In this document: positions 43,330-55,794 of the stretch, one piece after another
How positions within the stretch are numbered: the first letter of the stretch is position 1
Layout of the letters: the number at the start of each line of letters is the position of its first letter
Assembly: GCA_963783385.1 (NCBI GenBank)
Contig: CAWANJ010000003.1
Coordinates: 192,001 to 256,000 of the forward strand
Length of the DNA stretch: 64,000 nt
Reading direction: 5' to 3'
Origin: an uncultured Gemmatimonadales bacterium
GTDB taxonomy: Bacteria; Gemmatimonadota; Gemmatimonadetes; Palauibacterales; Palauibacteraceae
Program-made: the position numbers and the translations under genes
The notes under the pieces: generated by a model
Told to the model about the DNA's origin: nothing
The model's database searches: none
The model's input: the letters and a program-made list of their open reading frames with translations, nothing else

Positions 43330-44381
43330 GTCGGCGACTTCCCCGGGGCGAGGTTCACGGCCTCCCCGCCGCCCGCGGCGGCCGCCAGCTGGTCCAGCGT
43401 GCCGTGCGACTGCGGGCGGGCTCCGCTCTCGACCTCGTGGATCAGCTCCACCAGCCGGGCCGTGAGCGGGGTGGCCGCGCCTGCCTCTGCGCCAAGCCGA
43501 ACGACGACCGCGAGCTGCGCGTCGACCTCGGTCGGACGCTCGCGGACCGCCAGGTCGCGCCAGATGCCGCTGTGCGTCTTGGCCGAGCGGCTGTTGAAGG
43601 CCACCAGGGCGTCGAGCGACGCCCCGGCGGCGCCGGGGTCGGCCGAGGGCAGGTAGGCGGCCGGATCGAAGCCGTCGAACGGCTCGGGCGTCACGCCGCG
43701 GGCCGCGGCCACGGCCAGCACCTCGCGGGCCAGCGCCACGTACAGGCCGCGTCGCTCGGGACGCGCCAGCGCGTCGGCGATGGAGTCGTTGGTCAGCGCG
43801 GTGGCGAACAGCATGGCGCCGTAGGCCTCCTTGCCCCACAGGTAGCCCCACAGGTTGTCCGTCACGATCGCGCCGTCATCGAAGTCCGCCCAGACGTCCC
43901 GCAGCGCCCGCAACCGCGGCGTGATCCGGCCGTCGGTCTCTCCCAGGACCACCGCGCCGCGCCCGCCGAAGTGGATGAGGCCCGGCTCCAGGTAGTCCGC
44001 GCCGAAGTTGACGAACGCCCCGACCGTCCGGTCCGCGCCCACGGCCGCGGCGATCTCGAGCTCGTTGAGCCCGTTCTGCGCCGAGACCACGCAGCCGGAG
44101 GGGGCCAGGTGCGGGAGGAGCATGGGGAGGGCTCCCGCCGTATGGTGCGCCTTGGTGGCGAGCACGACCGTGTCCCAGGCGCCCTCCACGCCGGCGGGCG
44201 TGAAAGCGGGCGGACGCACGTCGAACGCGTCGATCGGACCGGTGATGCGGAGCCCGCCGCGCCGGATGGCCGCCACGTGCTCCTCGGCCGCGTCGACGAG
44301 GGTGACGTCGTGCCCGGCCCGCGCCAGGAACGCTCCCAGGGTGCCCCCAATGGCGCCGGCGCCCCAGATGAGACAGCGCAT
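43326..44381 (-). CDS. ketopantoate reductase (PanE/ApbA) family protein
   Basis: WGAGAIG, ATKAHHT, SAQNG, LWGK, SGIWRDL...TEVD. Confidence 0.88.
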   Translation of the reverse strand: MRCLIWGAGAIGGTLGAFLARAGHDVTLVDAAEEHVAAIRRGGLRITGPIDAFDVRPPAFTPAGVEGAWDTVVLATKAHHTAGALPMLLPHLAPSGCVVSAQNGLNELEIAAAVGADRTVGAFVNFGADYLEPGLIHFGGRGAVVLGETDGRITPRLRALRDVWADFDDGAIVTDNLWGYLWGKEAYGAMLFATALTNDSIADALARPERRGLYVALAREVLAVAAARGVTPEPFDGFDPAAYLPSADPGAAGASLDALVAFNSRSAKTHSGIWRDLAVRERPTEVDAQLAVVVRLGAEAGAATPLTARLVELIHEVESGARPQSHGTLDQLAAAAGGGEAVNLAPGKSPT

Positions 44382-44395
44382 CGGAGCCGGCCCGG

Positions 44396-45103
44396 CTACG
44401 GGGCGCCCCAGGTGCCGTCGAGGATCGCGCGCGTCTCCTCGACCGCCACCCGCCACACGGACAGTACGTCCTCGTCCGGGCGCTGGTAGAAGCCGCCGAA
44501 GTTGCCGTCGCCCAGGTAGTCCCGCACGGCGGCCGGAGCCAGGGAGCGCACCCGCGCCAGGTCGGTCATGGGCTTCTGCTCGGCGGGCATCTGGACCCCG
44601 GGAAGCCGCGTCCAGGGGAAGTTCTCCATCCAGGACGCGTGTGAGGCCACGGGGTCGATCTCCTGGACCCGGGCCCAGGTCTTGGGAGCCTTCCACCAGT
44701 CGTGCACGACCAGCCGGCAGTCGGGATGGTCCGCCGTCCACTCCGGCACGAGCTGGTGCACCGCCCCGTTCCCGCCGTGCCCGTTCACCACCAGGATGCG
44801 CCGGAAGCCGCTGCCCGCGATGCCATCCAGGACGTCGCGCACCACGGATAGGTGGGTGGAGACCCGGAGAGAGACGGAGCCGGGATAGGCGCTGAAGTAG
44901 GGGCTGACGCCGTAGGCGAGGACCGGGAAGACGGGGACTCCGAGCGGCTCGGCGGCCTCGGCCGCCACCCGCTCGGGCAGGATGCAGTCGACGGTGAGCC
45001 GCAGGTGGCCGTGCTGCTCGGTGCTGCCGAGCGGGAGCACGGCGCGGTCGTCCCGCTCCAGGTAGGCCTCTACCTGCATCCAGTTCATGTCGCCGATGCG
45101 CAC
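44396..45103 (-). CDS. creatininase family amidohydrolase
   Basis: PLGSTEQHGHL, VD, VNGHGGN, SHASWME. Confidence 0.9.
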   Translation of the reverse strand: MRIGDMNWMQVEAYLERDDRAVLPLGSTEQHGHLRLTVDCILPERVAAEAAEPLGVPVFPVLAYGVSPYFSAYPGSVSLRVSTHLSVVRDVLDGIAGSGFRRILVVNGHGGNGAVHQLVPEWTADHPDCRLVVHDWWKAPKTWARVQEIDPVASHASWMENFPWTRLPGVQMPAEQKPMTDLARVRSLAPAAVRDYLGDGNFGGFYQRPDEDVLSVWRVAVEETRAILDGTWGAP

Positions 45104-45302
45104 GTCACGCCCTCCCTCTGGAGTCGGCGGACAAGCTACGGGAGGGCTCCGGCGGCGGCGAGGGCGGGGCGGGTCCCCGGGAGGCCGGTTGCGCCGTCGG
45201 TCCCGGGTCGCGAGCGTCCGTGGGGACGCGCGGCCGGACGCGTGCGCCTCGCGTACAGGGAGCCGGTCCTCCGGCCGCCGTCTCCACGACCGCGGTGGTT
45301 CC

Positions 45303-46115
45303 ATGCCCGCCTACATCTGCGAGACCTGCGGCACCCAGTTCGCGCCCGGGGAGAGCCCTCCCAATGCCTGTCCGATCTGCCTCGACGAGCGACAGTTCGT
45401 GGGCTGGGAAGGGCAGACCTGGACCACGCTCGCCGAGCTGCGGAGCGGGCACCGTTGCCGCGTGGAGGCGGTCGCCCCCGGTCTGACCGGCCTCGGGATC
45501 GAGCCGGCTTTCGGGATCGGCCAGCGGGCCCTCCTGGTCCGCTCCCCGGGCGGGAACGTGCTGTGGGACTGCATCAGCCTGGTCGACGAGGCGGTCGTGC
45601 AGGAGGTCCGGGAGCTGGGCGGGATCGCCGCCATCGCGATCTCCCATCCCCATTACTACAGCGCCATGGTCGAGTGGAGCGAGGCCTTCGGCGGCGTGCC
45701 GATCCACCTGCACGCCGCCGACCGAGAGTGGGTCATGCGCCCCGATCCGACCATCCGGTGGTGGGAGGGCGATCGCCTGGACCTCCACGACGGCATGACG
45801 CTGGTGCGCTGCGGCGGACACTTCGAGGGGGGCGCGGTCCTCCACTGGCCGGCGGGCGCCGCCGGCCGGGGCGCGCTCCTCACCGGCGACGTCCTGCAGG
45901 TGACCATGGACCGGCGCCACGTGAGCTTCATGTACAGCTTCCCCAACTACATCCCGCTGTCGGCGGCGGCCGTCCGGCGCATCGGAGAGTCCGTGGACGA
46001 CCTCGTCTTCGAGGAGGTGTGGGGCGCGTGGTGGGGACGCCGGATCGCATCGGACGGGAACGAAGCCGTCCGGCGCTCGGTCGAGCGCTACGTGGAGGCG
46101 CTGGCGGGCTCCTGA
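45303..46115 (+). CDS. MBL-fold metallo-hydrolase with N-terminal Zn ribbon (YmaE-like)
   Basis: CETCG...CPIC; ISHPHYY; GGHFEG; TGD; FMYSFPNYIP. Confidence 0.88.
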   Translation: MPAYICETCGTQFAPGESPPNACPICLDERQFVGWEGQTWTTLAELRSGHRCRVEAVAPGLTGLGIEPAFGIGQRALLVRSPGGNVLWDCISLVDEAVVQEVRELGGIAAIAISHPHYYSAMVEWSEAFGGVPIHLHAADREWVMRPDPTIRWWEGDRLDLHDGMTLVRCGGHFEGGAVLHWPAGAAGRGALLTGDVLQVTMDRRHVSFMYSFPNYIPLSAAAVRRIGESVDDLVFEEVWGAWWGRRIASDGNEAVRRSVERYVEALAGS

Positions 46116-46280
46116 GCCCAGCGCCACGTATCCGCGGCGCCGCCCGATCCGGCGCGCCGCGCGTCCGCGGCAGGAACCCATCCGTCGCCCCGGACGATTC
46201 TCGCTTCGTAACCCTTTCGCCTCCAGGCGTGTCACAGGACCTGGAAGCGACCCACGGACGCCTTCTTTCCTCGGGATGGT

Positions 46281-46822
46281 GTGCGAGAGCCGGAACTGAT
46301 CGAACGGGTGCTGGTGGGCGATGCCGCGGCGGAGCGCGAGCTGTACGACGCGCACGTCGACCGGGTCTACCGGCTGGCCTACCGAATGACCGGCGAGGAC
46401 GACCTGGCGCAGGATTGCACCCAGGAGACGTTCCTCCGGGCGTTCGAGCGCCTGGAGGAGTTCCGGGGCGACGCGGCCCTGGGCACCTGGCTCCACACGG
46501 TGGCCACCTCCGTGATCCTCAACGCGCTGCGCAGGCGGAAGCGGCGCTGGAAGCGGGAGGTCGACATGCACAAGGCCGGGCCGCTGGGCCGCCGGGAGCC
46601 GAGGGGCGACGTAGGACTGCGGCAGAGGCTGAAGGCGGCCATCGACGCGCTGCCGGACAAGTACAGGATGGTGTTCGTGATGCACGAAGTGGAGGGCTAC
46701 ACGCACCGGGAGATCGGGTCCGCCCTCGGGATCGAGGTGGGGACGTCCAAGGCGCAGCTTTCCCGGGCCAAGTCCCGGCTGCGGGAGGAGCTCTGGCGGT
46801 CTACGCGGGAGAGGTGGCGTGA
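46281..46822 (+). CDS. ECF sigma-70 factor (2-nt indel near 46792; inferred true stop at 46822)
   Basis: AQDCTQETFLRAF, TWLH, EGYTHREIG...GTSKAQLSRA. Confidence 0.9.
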
Positions 46823-47502
46823 GCGGCGAGGATCAGCTGGACGAGCGGATCCGGGCGGCGGCGTCCGACTACCGGGAGCCGCCCGAGACGCCCCGGGAGG
46901 CGATGTGGGAGCGCATCCAGGCGGCTCGCGCGGGACGAGAGCTGCGGGACGCCGCCGCCCGCAGGCGCCGGGGGCGCTGGATGCGCTGGGGCATCGGGAT
47001 CGCCGCCGTGCTCGTGGCAGGGATCGCCGTCGGCCGCCTGTCCGCTCCCTCCGGCTCCCCGGCCCCGCAGGTGGCGACGACGCCGGCCGGGAGCTCCCCG
47101 ACCGGCGTGGCGGCCACCGGCCCGGCGGGGGCCGGGCAGCTCACGGCCTACCGGCTGGCGGCGGCCGAGCACCTGGGACGGGTGGAGGCGTTCCTGACGC
47201 TGTTCCGTCGCGAAGCCGAGGCGGGCCGCGTGGACCAGGACCTCCGCGCCCCGGCCCGGAGCCTCCTGTCCGAGACGAGGCTCTTCCAGGCATCGCCGGC
47301 GGCCGATGATCCCGCACTCCGGGAAGTGCTCGGCGACGTCGAGCTCGTCCTGGCGCAGATCTCCCGGTACACGGAGCAGCCGTCCAGGCGGCAGGACCTC
47401 CGATTCATCGACGAAGGCATGGAGCAGCGGGGGGTTCTCCTCGAGCTGCATACCGTGGTCACAGCGGCGAGCCCGGCCGGGCTTGCGCAAGGAGCTCTCT
47501 GA
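46819..47502 (+). CDS. putative single-TM anti-sigma factor
   Basis: overlaps the sigma stop; PPETPREAMWERI, TM WGIGIAAVLVAGIAVG, helical periplasmic part. Confidence 0.7.
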   Translation: MSGEDQLDERIRAAASDYREPPETPREAMWERIQAARAGRELRDAAARRRRGRWMRWGIGIAAVLVAGIAVGRLSAPSGSPAPQVATTPAGSSPTGVAATGPAGAGQLTAYRLAAAEHLGRVEAFLTLFRREAEAGRVDQDLRAPARSLLSETRLFQASPAADDPALREVLGDVELVLAQISRYTEQPSRRQDLRFIDEGMEQRGVLLELHTVVTAASPAGLAQGAL

Positions 47503-49054
47503 TGAAATCGACGACGTGGTGGACGGCGGTGGTGTGCGCGGCGGCTCTCGGGGCCGGCGCCGTCGCGGCCCGGGCCCAGGACATGGCGGGGCGGACGCAC
47601 GCCAACGGGCCGGCGGCGGCCGCGGGCCGCACGGTGGCTTCGGCGGCGGCGCTCGCGGCGCGACCGCACCGGGCGCTGCTTGAGCGCTGGCTCCCGGGCG
47701 ACGCGGCGGACTCGCTGTACCGCCTGGCACGCCGGGAGCTCAACGCGGGTGACTACGAGCAGGCCGCCCGGCACTTCCGCGAGGTCCGCGAGCGGTTCCC
47801 CAAGTCGGGGTACGTGGCGGACTCCTACTACTGGGAGGCGTTCGCGCTGTCGCGTACGGGCTCCAACGACGACTCCCGGCGCGCGCTCGACGTGCTCGCC
47901 GAGCGCCGCCAGCGCTTCCCGAAGGCGGCGGGCGCGCAGGACGCGCGTGACCTCGAGACCCAGATCCGCGGGCAGCTGGCCCGCGGGGGCGACGTCGAGG
48001 CCGCCGAGGTCCTGGCCCGGCAGGCCGCGACCGTTGCCTCCCAGGGCGCCGGCGTGGCGGCGCAGGCCGCGGCGGCCGAGGCGGAGGTCGGGGCGGTCGC
48101 CCAATCGATCGCGGCGGGGTCTGCGGGCCTCGAGGCGATCGGGACGGGCCTGCAGGCGCTCGGAAGCGGATCGTGCGACGACTCGGACGACGAGCGCCTC
48201 ATGGCGCTGAACGCGCTCCTCCAGATGAACTCCGACCAGGCCGTGCCCCTCCTCAAGAAGGTGCTGGAGCGACGGGACGAGGGCTCGGTGTGCCTGCGGC
48301 GGAAGGCCCTGTTCGTGCTGGCCCAGAAGCGCACGCCGGAGATCGAGGACGTGCTCCTCCAGGCGGCGGGCTCGGATCCGGACGCCCAGGTGCGCGAGAG
48401 CGCCGTGTTCTGGCTCTCGCAGGTGCACACGACCCGCGCCACCGCGGCGCTCGACTCGATTCTCCAGCACTCCCAGGACGAGGCCATCCGGAAGCGGGCC
48501 GTGTTCGCCCTCTCCCAGCAGCACAGCGACGCTTCGTCGAAGGCGCTGCGGGACTACCTGCAGGGATCGCGGGGGCTCGGAGAAGCTCAAGGAGAACATC
48601 GTCTTCTGGCTCGGACAGCAGCACAGCGAGGCCAACAGGACCTTTCTTCGCCAGTACTACCGGCGGGCCACCAGCGAGTCGATCAAGAAGAGGATCGTGT
48701 TCTCCGTGGCCCAGTCGGCGGACAGCGCCGACGGCCTGTGGCTGCTGGGGATCGCCCGGGACCCGAAGGAGTCGATGGAAGCGAGGAAGAACGCCCTGTT
48801 CTGGGCCGGGCAGACGCACGCGATCGACGTGGCGCAGATCGCCGACCTGTACGACGGTCTCCAGAGCCCGGAGCTCAAGGACCGGCTCATCTTCGTCCTG
48901 TCGCAGCGGCAGGAGGCGGTGGCGGTCGACAAGCTCATGGCCATCGCCAAGAACGACCCTGACCGACGAGCTCCGCAAGAAGGCGATCTTCTGGCTCGGC
49001 CAGTCGCACGACCCGCGGGCGGCCAAGTTCCTCATGGACATCATCGGACAGTGA
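47502..49054 (+). CDS. secreted TPR + HEAT-repeat protein (indels near 48570 and 48964)
   Basis: signal peptide; YfiO/TPR-like ADSYYWEAFAL; repeats ALFVLAQ, AVFWLSQ, AVFALSQ, IVFWLGQ, ALFWAGQ, AIFWLGQ. Confidence 0.82.
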
Positions 49055-49062
49055 GGTGCGCG

Positions 49063-49816
49063 ATGAAGGGCGAGACGCGTGGCACGCCGGCGCTCGTCGC
49101 CGTGCTCGGGATGCTGGGCCTGCTGGCCGCCCCGGTCCGGGCCCAGTCGCTGGACGCGCGTGTCCAGGCGGTGCGGGACGGGCGGGTGCGCATGAGCTTC
49201 GCGGCGCGCCCCGGCGTGTGCGGCAACGGCCGCAACATCACCGCCTACCGGTCCAACCGGGACTGGGAGAGCGACTGCGAGCACGGGCCGGTGCGCGTCG
49301 TGCTCACGCGCCGTGACGGGAAGGTCGTCGACGTCGACACGTACGTCGGCGGCCACTGGCGCGCCGCCTCGGACGCCCGGGACCTGGGCACGGTGTCGGC
49401 GCCCGTGGCGGCGCACTACCTGGTGTCGCTTCGGGTCAAGGGCGCCGTCGTTCCCGGCGACCCTCGCCGACAGCGTGGTGATCTGGCCGCAGCTCCTGTC
49501 GCTCGCAAAGGACGACTCTGCGCCGCACGCGGTGCGCAAGCAAGCCGTGTTCTGGCTGGGCCAGGCGGCGGGCGAGGCCGCCACGAAGGACCTGGCGACT
49601 CTGGCGGACTCGAGCGACCGGGACGTCCAGAAGGCGGCCGTGTTCGCCCTGTCGCAGCTCCACGACGGCGCCGGGGTGCCGGACCTCATCCGGATCGCGC
49701 GCACGCACCCGGACCCGGCGGTTCGCCGTCGGGCGATGTTCTGGCTGGGCCAGTCGCACGACCCGCGGGCCCTGTCCCTGTTCGAGGAGATCCTCGAGGC
49801 GAAGGGCGAGCGGTAG
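49063..49816 (+). CDS. secreted HEAT-repeat protein with Cys-pair N-terminal domain (indel near 49450)
   Basis: signal peptide; ARPGVCGNG...CEHGPVRV; AVFWLGQ, AVFALSQ, AMFWLGQSHDPRA. Confidence 0.82.
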
Positions 49817-49859
49817 ATCGGAGGCGGGCGTCCGTCCGGGCCGGACGTCGGGGCGGAAG

Positions 49860-50806
49860 CTAGCGGCCGCCGCCCGGGGGGCGGCGCGCTCCCCGCGGCG
49901 GCCGTCGCCTGCGGGAGGGCTCCAGGCCCCGGCGGATCGCGTCGCGGGTCTCCGGCAGGACCCGTCCGGCGAAACAGCCCAGCGTGTACGGGTACTCCCG
50001 GGTCATGTGGTAGGCGTAGACGTAGGCGCGCCCGTCGACCGTGACCACCTCCTTCCGACCGTGGCACGCGTCCAGGTCGGCGTCGGTCAGGTCGCTTCCG
50101 GCCGCATCCCTGAGTCCCAGGATCGGGAACCCGTCCAGGGCCCAGCCCACCAGCGAGTCGCTCTCCACGCCGGGGATGCAGGGCGAGGCGCTGTGGTAGT
50201 GGTACTGGGCGTTGGCCTGGGGATGACCGTCGCAGTCGTCCTGGATCTCGTGGGCCGCCGCGTCGCGGCCGGCGTCGTCGAGCGCGTTGAACAGCGCCAC
50301 GCCGGTCGTGGTGAAGCCGACCATGCCCATCGGCAGGCAGCCCGGCCGGTCGGCGAGGACGGGCGCCGCGGGAATGGGGAAGTCCAGGCGCTGCGCTCCC
50401 ACGTGGTTGGGGTTGGTGTCGTACCGGTAGACGCTGTCGCCGGGCGAGATCGGGAACGCGCCCGTGGGCTCGCGGACCGGGAGCCCGTCGCCCGTCACCT
50501 CCACCTCGTCCCCGGCTGGCGTGAGGGTCAGGAAGGCACCGGGCCACATGACGTGGCCCGAGACGTGGGGCTTCTCCGAGGGGTCCCAGCGGTCGCCGTC
50601 CATCCAGGGGCCCGCGTGCCTGGCGCCGCCGCCACGGAAGCTGGTGCGGCACGCGTACACGTCGCCCCGCGCGGGACCACCGGACACGTGGCCGTCGCCC
50701 AGCGGCAGCGACTGCGCCGCGAGCGCTCCCGGGACGGCGGCGCACAGGCAGGCGAGGGCGAGAGCGCGCGGCGGAGCCGCGGCCCTGCGGCGCGGCGGGG
50801 TCGACG

Positions 50807-50810
<4 letters not shown>
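49860..50810 (-). CDS. secreted YHYH-domain protein
   Basis: GVALFN, DDCDGHP...YHYH, GWALDGFPI, LDACHG, YAYHMTREYPYTLGCF. Confidence 0.88.
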
Positions 50811-52196
<1,386 letters not shown>

Positions 52197-52200
<4 letters not shown>

Positions 52201-54008
52201 GACGCATCCTCCCCGGTCCCAGCCGCGCCGCGGGGCGCGCCGACCGCGGGCAGCCGGATCACGAAGCGGGCGCCGCCCTTCGCACGGTTGGCGGCCAGGA
52301 TGTCCCCTCCGTGCCTGCGCACCAGCCCCTGCGCCACGAACAGGCCGAGCCCGACGCCCTGCACCTCGTCCTTGGTCGTGAAGAACGCGTCGAAGAGCCT
52401 GGAGCGCGCCTCCTCGTCGAAGCCCGGTCCGCTGTCGAGCACCTCGATCCGGACCCATCCGTCCTCGTCCGCCGCCTCCCTTCCCGAGACGACGATCTCG
52501 ATGCGGCCCCGATCGGCGGAGGAGCCGCCCTCGATCGCCTCGGCGGCATTCTCGACGAGGTTGAGGAGGACCTGCTTGAGCGTGTCGGGCGCCACGGCCA
52601 CCTCGAGGTCCGGGGAGCCCCGCACGGTCACTGGGGGGCCCCCACCGTTTCGCGCCATCCCGGCCAGCTCGGCCACCTTGGCCGCCACGTCCGCCGGCCG
52701 GCAGACCTCGGCATCGGGGTCCAGCGGCCGGTAGGCGTCCAGCATCTGCTCCGAGAGCCGGTGCATCCGCAGCAGCTCGTCGATCGCCATGGAGGAGAAC
52801 TCCCGGAGGTCGGAGTCATCGCCCAGGCGGCGGTGGATTAGCTCGAGGCAGTTCCGGACGCTCGCCACCGGGTTGCGGATCTCGTGGGCCAGCTCGGTGA
52901 TGATGCGGCCGGTCGCCGACAGCCGGTCGCGCTGGATGAGCTCCGACTGCAGGGCCTGCAGACGCGCCTGTCGCTCCTCGAGCTGCTCGTTGGCTGCCGT
53001 GAGCTGGCCGATCTTCTCCTGGAGGCGCGAGCGCATCTCCCGGAAGGCCCGGCCCACCTGCTCGAGCTCGCGAATACGCGAGCCGGGGACGGGGGCCTCG
53101 AAGTCCCCGGCGGTGAGCCTCCGCGAGGCGTCCGACAGGGCCTGGACCGGCCGCGTCATCCTCGCGGCCAGGACGCCCCCCACCGCGAGGGCGAGGACGA
53201 GGGCGATGGCGACGGCCAGCAGAGCGCTGCGCCGGAGCTCGGGGAGCAGGGCGAGCTCGTCCGACACGCTGCGCAGGAAGGCGGCCTCGCCGGCCGCGCC
53301 CAGCGGCGCGACCGCGGCCCAGTAGCGCCGCCCCGACGCGTCCGACAGCTCGTGGACCGTGTGCGCCGCGCGCGACCACGCCGCGGCCGAGTCGGCGAGC
53401 ACGGCCGGCGCAGGCGCCCCGGCGGTCGAGGAGAACACGCTGCCCTCGGGACCGAGGAGCACGACCTCCGAGCGGGTGAGGGCGGCCAGCTCCCCGGCCA
53501 CCCGCGGACCCATGGGCGACAGGACGCCGGCCGCTCCCACCCAGCGTCCGTCCACCCGGAGCGGAGCGAGCGACAGCCGGTAGGGGGCCAAAGCCGAGTG
53601 TCCGAACACCACCGGCATGGCGCCGCCGCGGGTGCGCGTCACGACCCCGGGATCGGGGGCGGGATCGGTCCACGGCTCGCCGTCGGGTCCCACCACCACC
53701 GGCTCCTCGTCCGGACCTTCCACCGAGGCCCGGGCGATGCCGAGCGCCGCGGAGCGGCGGCCGGCGGCCACGGCCTCGGCCAGCCCGCCCGCCTGGGCCA
53801 GCTCCTTGGCCCGCATCATCAGGGCGTCCGAGCGGCCGGCGTTCCGGTCCTCGAGGATCATCGGCGTCATGGCCAGGTCCGCGCGCGCCTGGTGCTCGAG
53901 CTCGGCCGCCAGCCGCCGGTCCAGGGCGATGCCGCCCGGGACCAGGCCCAGCAGGAGGGCTCCACCGATCAGCGCGATCCACGCCCGGCGCAGGGATATC
54001 GTACGCAT
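52197..54008 (-). CDS. membrane sensor histidine kinase (Cache-like, HAMP, HisKA, HATPase)
   Basis: two TMs; LAHEIRNP; NLVENA; DSGPG; FFTTK; GLGL. Confidence 0.93.
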
Positions 54009-54134
54009 GGCTCCCGTCGGTCGATGCACGGTCCGGTCCCCTCCGGCCCGCGCGGGCCGGAGGGACCGAAGCCCAGTCGTGGCGCGCATCGCGGCCCACC
54101 GCGGGCCGGCTGCGTGCCGCCACGGGCTCGCGCC

Positions 54135-54289
54135 TGAAACGTCGCGCTGCCCGGCATGAAACATCTGAAACGTTGCACGAAACGGTGGCCATGGGGAAGC
54201 CCCCGCTGCGGCCGCGGCCGCTTATGCCTTGCGTTACAAGGAGATCGGATCGCCCTTCGGGCCACAACCGGGAGGGATCGTGGCTTGCA
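54135..54289 (+). promoter_or_regulatory. putative sigma54 promoter with upstream (T/C)GAAAC repeats
   Basis: TGAAAC at 54135, 54157, 54166 and CGAAAC at 54178; GG-N10-GC (gGGatcgtggcTTGCa) at 54274-54289. Confidence 0.5.
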
Positions 54290-54357
54290 CCCGGACCGGC
54301 GCACTACCGCGTCGAACGGCGCGACCGAGGATTCCACGAGCCCGGCGGAGGTACCCC

Positions 54358-55518
54358 ATGCACGTCTCGAGAAAGCTCACGGCCCTGGCGCTGGCGCTCG
54401 GCGCCGGCGCCCTGCTCGCGGGCTGTTCCGATCAGCCCTCGCCCACGGCCCCGGAGGCGAGTCTCCACCCGGGCGCCAGCCTGTCTCATGCGGAGCGTCA
54501 CCCCGGCTCGGGCATGGTGTATCTCATGTCCAACGCGGACGGTCCCAACGAGGTTCTGGTGTTCAGCCGCTCCACCGACGGCTCCCTCACGGCGGAGAAG
54601 CCCGTGCCCACGGGCGGCCTCGGGACCGGCGGCGGCCTGGGGAACCAGTCCGCCGTCGTGCTCTCGAGCGACGGTCGCTGGCTCCTGGTCGCCAACCCCG
54701 GCAGCGACGACGTCACCGTATTCCGGGTGCGGAACGGTGAGCTGGAGCGCACGGACGTGCAGGCCTCCGGCGGCGACATGCCCGTGAGCATAGCCATGCA
54801 CGGCTCCCTGGTCTACGTTCTGAACGCCGGGTCCCCGAACAGCGTCACCGGCTTCCGGCTGTGGCACGATGGCTCGCTGCGGCCCATCCCCGGCTCGTCC
54901 CGGCCGCTCAGCGCCGCCTCGACCGGCCCGGCCCAGGTGGGCTTCGATCCCCGTGGCCGCGTCCTGGTGGTAACCGAGAAGGCGACGAACACGATCACGA
55001 CCTTCGCCGTGAATCGCGGCGGCCTCCTCTCGGGTCCCAACTCCCAGGCGTCGGAGGGACAGACCCCCTTCGGCTTCGGCTTCGATCACCGCGGCCTGCT
55101 GATCGTGTCGGAGGCCACGACGGGCAGTGTCTCCAGCTACCGCGTGGGTCCGGGCGGCGGGCTCACGGCCATCAGCGCCGCCGTGTCCACGACCGAGACG
55201 GCCGCCTGCTGGATCGCGGTGTCGCGGAACGGCCGATACGCCTACTCCACCAACGGCGGAAGCGGCAGCGTGACGGGCGTGCGGATCGGGCACGACGGAA
55301 GCCTGCACCTGCTGGACGCCGACGGGCGCACCGGGGTGACCGGTCCGGGGAGCGTCCCGCTCGATGCGGCGTTCAGCCTGGGCGGGCGCTACCTGTACGT
55401 GCTGAGCTCCGGCCTGCACGAGGTGAGCGTCTTCCGGTTCGGTCCCGACGGCAGCCTCACCCCGCTTCCGGGGGCCTCGGGCCTTCCGGCCACCGCCAAC
55501 GGAATGGCCGTGCGCTGA
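54358..55518 (+). CDS. lactonase-family 7-bladed beta-propeller lipoprotein
   Basis: lipobox LAGC; repeated blades (DGRWLLVAN, YVLNAG, AACWIA, GRYLYVL). Confidence 0.82.
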   Translation: MHVSRKLTALALALGAGALLAGCSDQPSPTAPEASLHPGASLSHAERHPGSGMVYLMSNADGPNEVLVFSRSTDGSLTAEKPVPTGGLGTGGGLGNQSAVVLSSDGRWLLVANPGSDDVTVFRVRNGELERTDVQASGGDMPVSIAMHGSLVYVLNAGSPNSVTGFRLWHDGSLRPIPGSSRPLSAASTGPAQVGFDPRGRVLVVTEKATNTITTFAVNRGGLLSGPNSQASEGQTPFGFGFDHRGLLIVSEATTGSVSSYRVGPGGGLTAISAAVSTTETAACWIAVSRNGRYAYSTNGGSGSVTGVRIGHDGSLHLLDADGRTGVTGPGSVPLDAAFSLGGRYLYVLSSGLHEVSVFRFGPDGSLTPLPGASGLPATANGMAVR

Positions 55519-55542
55519 GCGCCCGGTCCCTCCCCTCCCACC

Positions 55543-55576
55543 ACGGCTCCCCGCCGGTCGCCCGGCGGGGAGCCGT
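55543..55576 (+). terminator. 15-bp perfect hairpin after the lactonase gene
   Basis: ACGGCTCCCCGCCGG-tcgc-CCGGCGGGGAGCCGT. Confidence 0.65.
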
Positions 55577-55794
55577 CTCACATCCGACCCCTCCGGATCA
55601 CGCCCGGGGCGCGTGCGGCGGCAAGCCGTCCGCGAGGAACCGTGCGCCGACGGCCGGGGCTCCCGGGGGCGTGCCGCTGGCCGGATCGCCGCGCCGTGCC
55701 GACTTTACGAACTCGTCGCCGCGGCACGTCGCGGACCCGATCGCATCCGGCGCCGCCGGTAACGGGGCGCGGGCGCCAGGGAGAGGGAGGCCAC

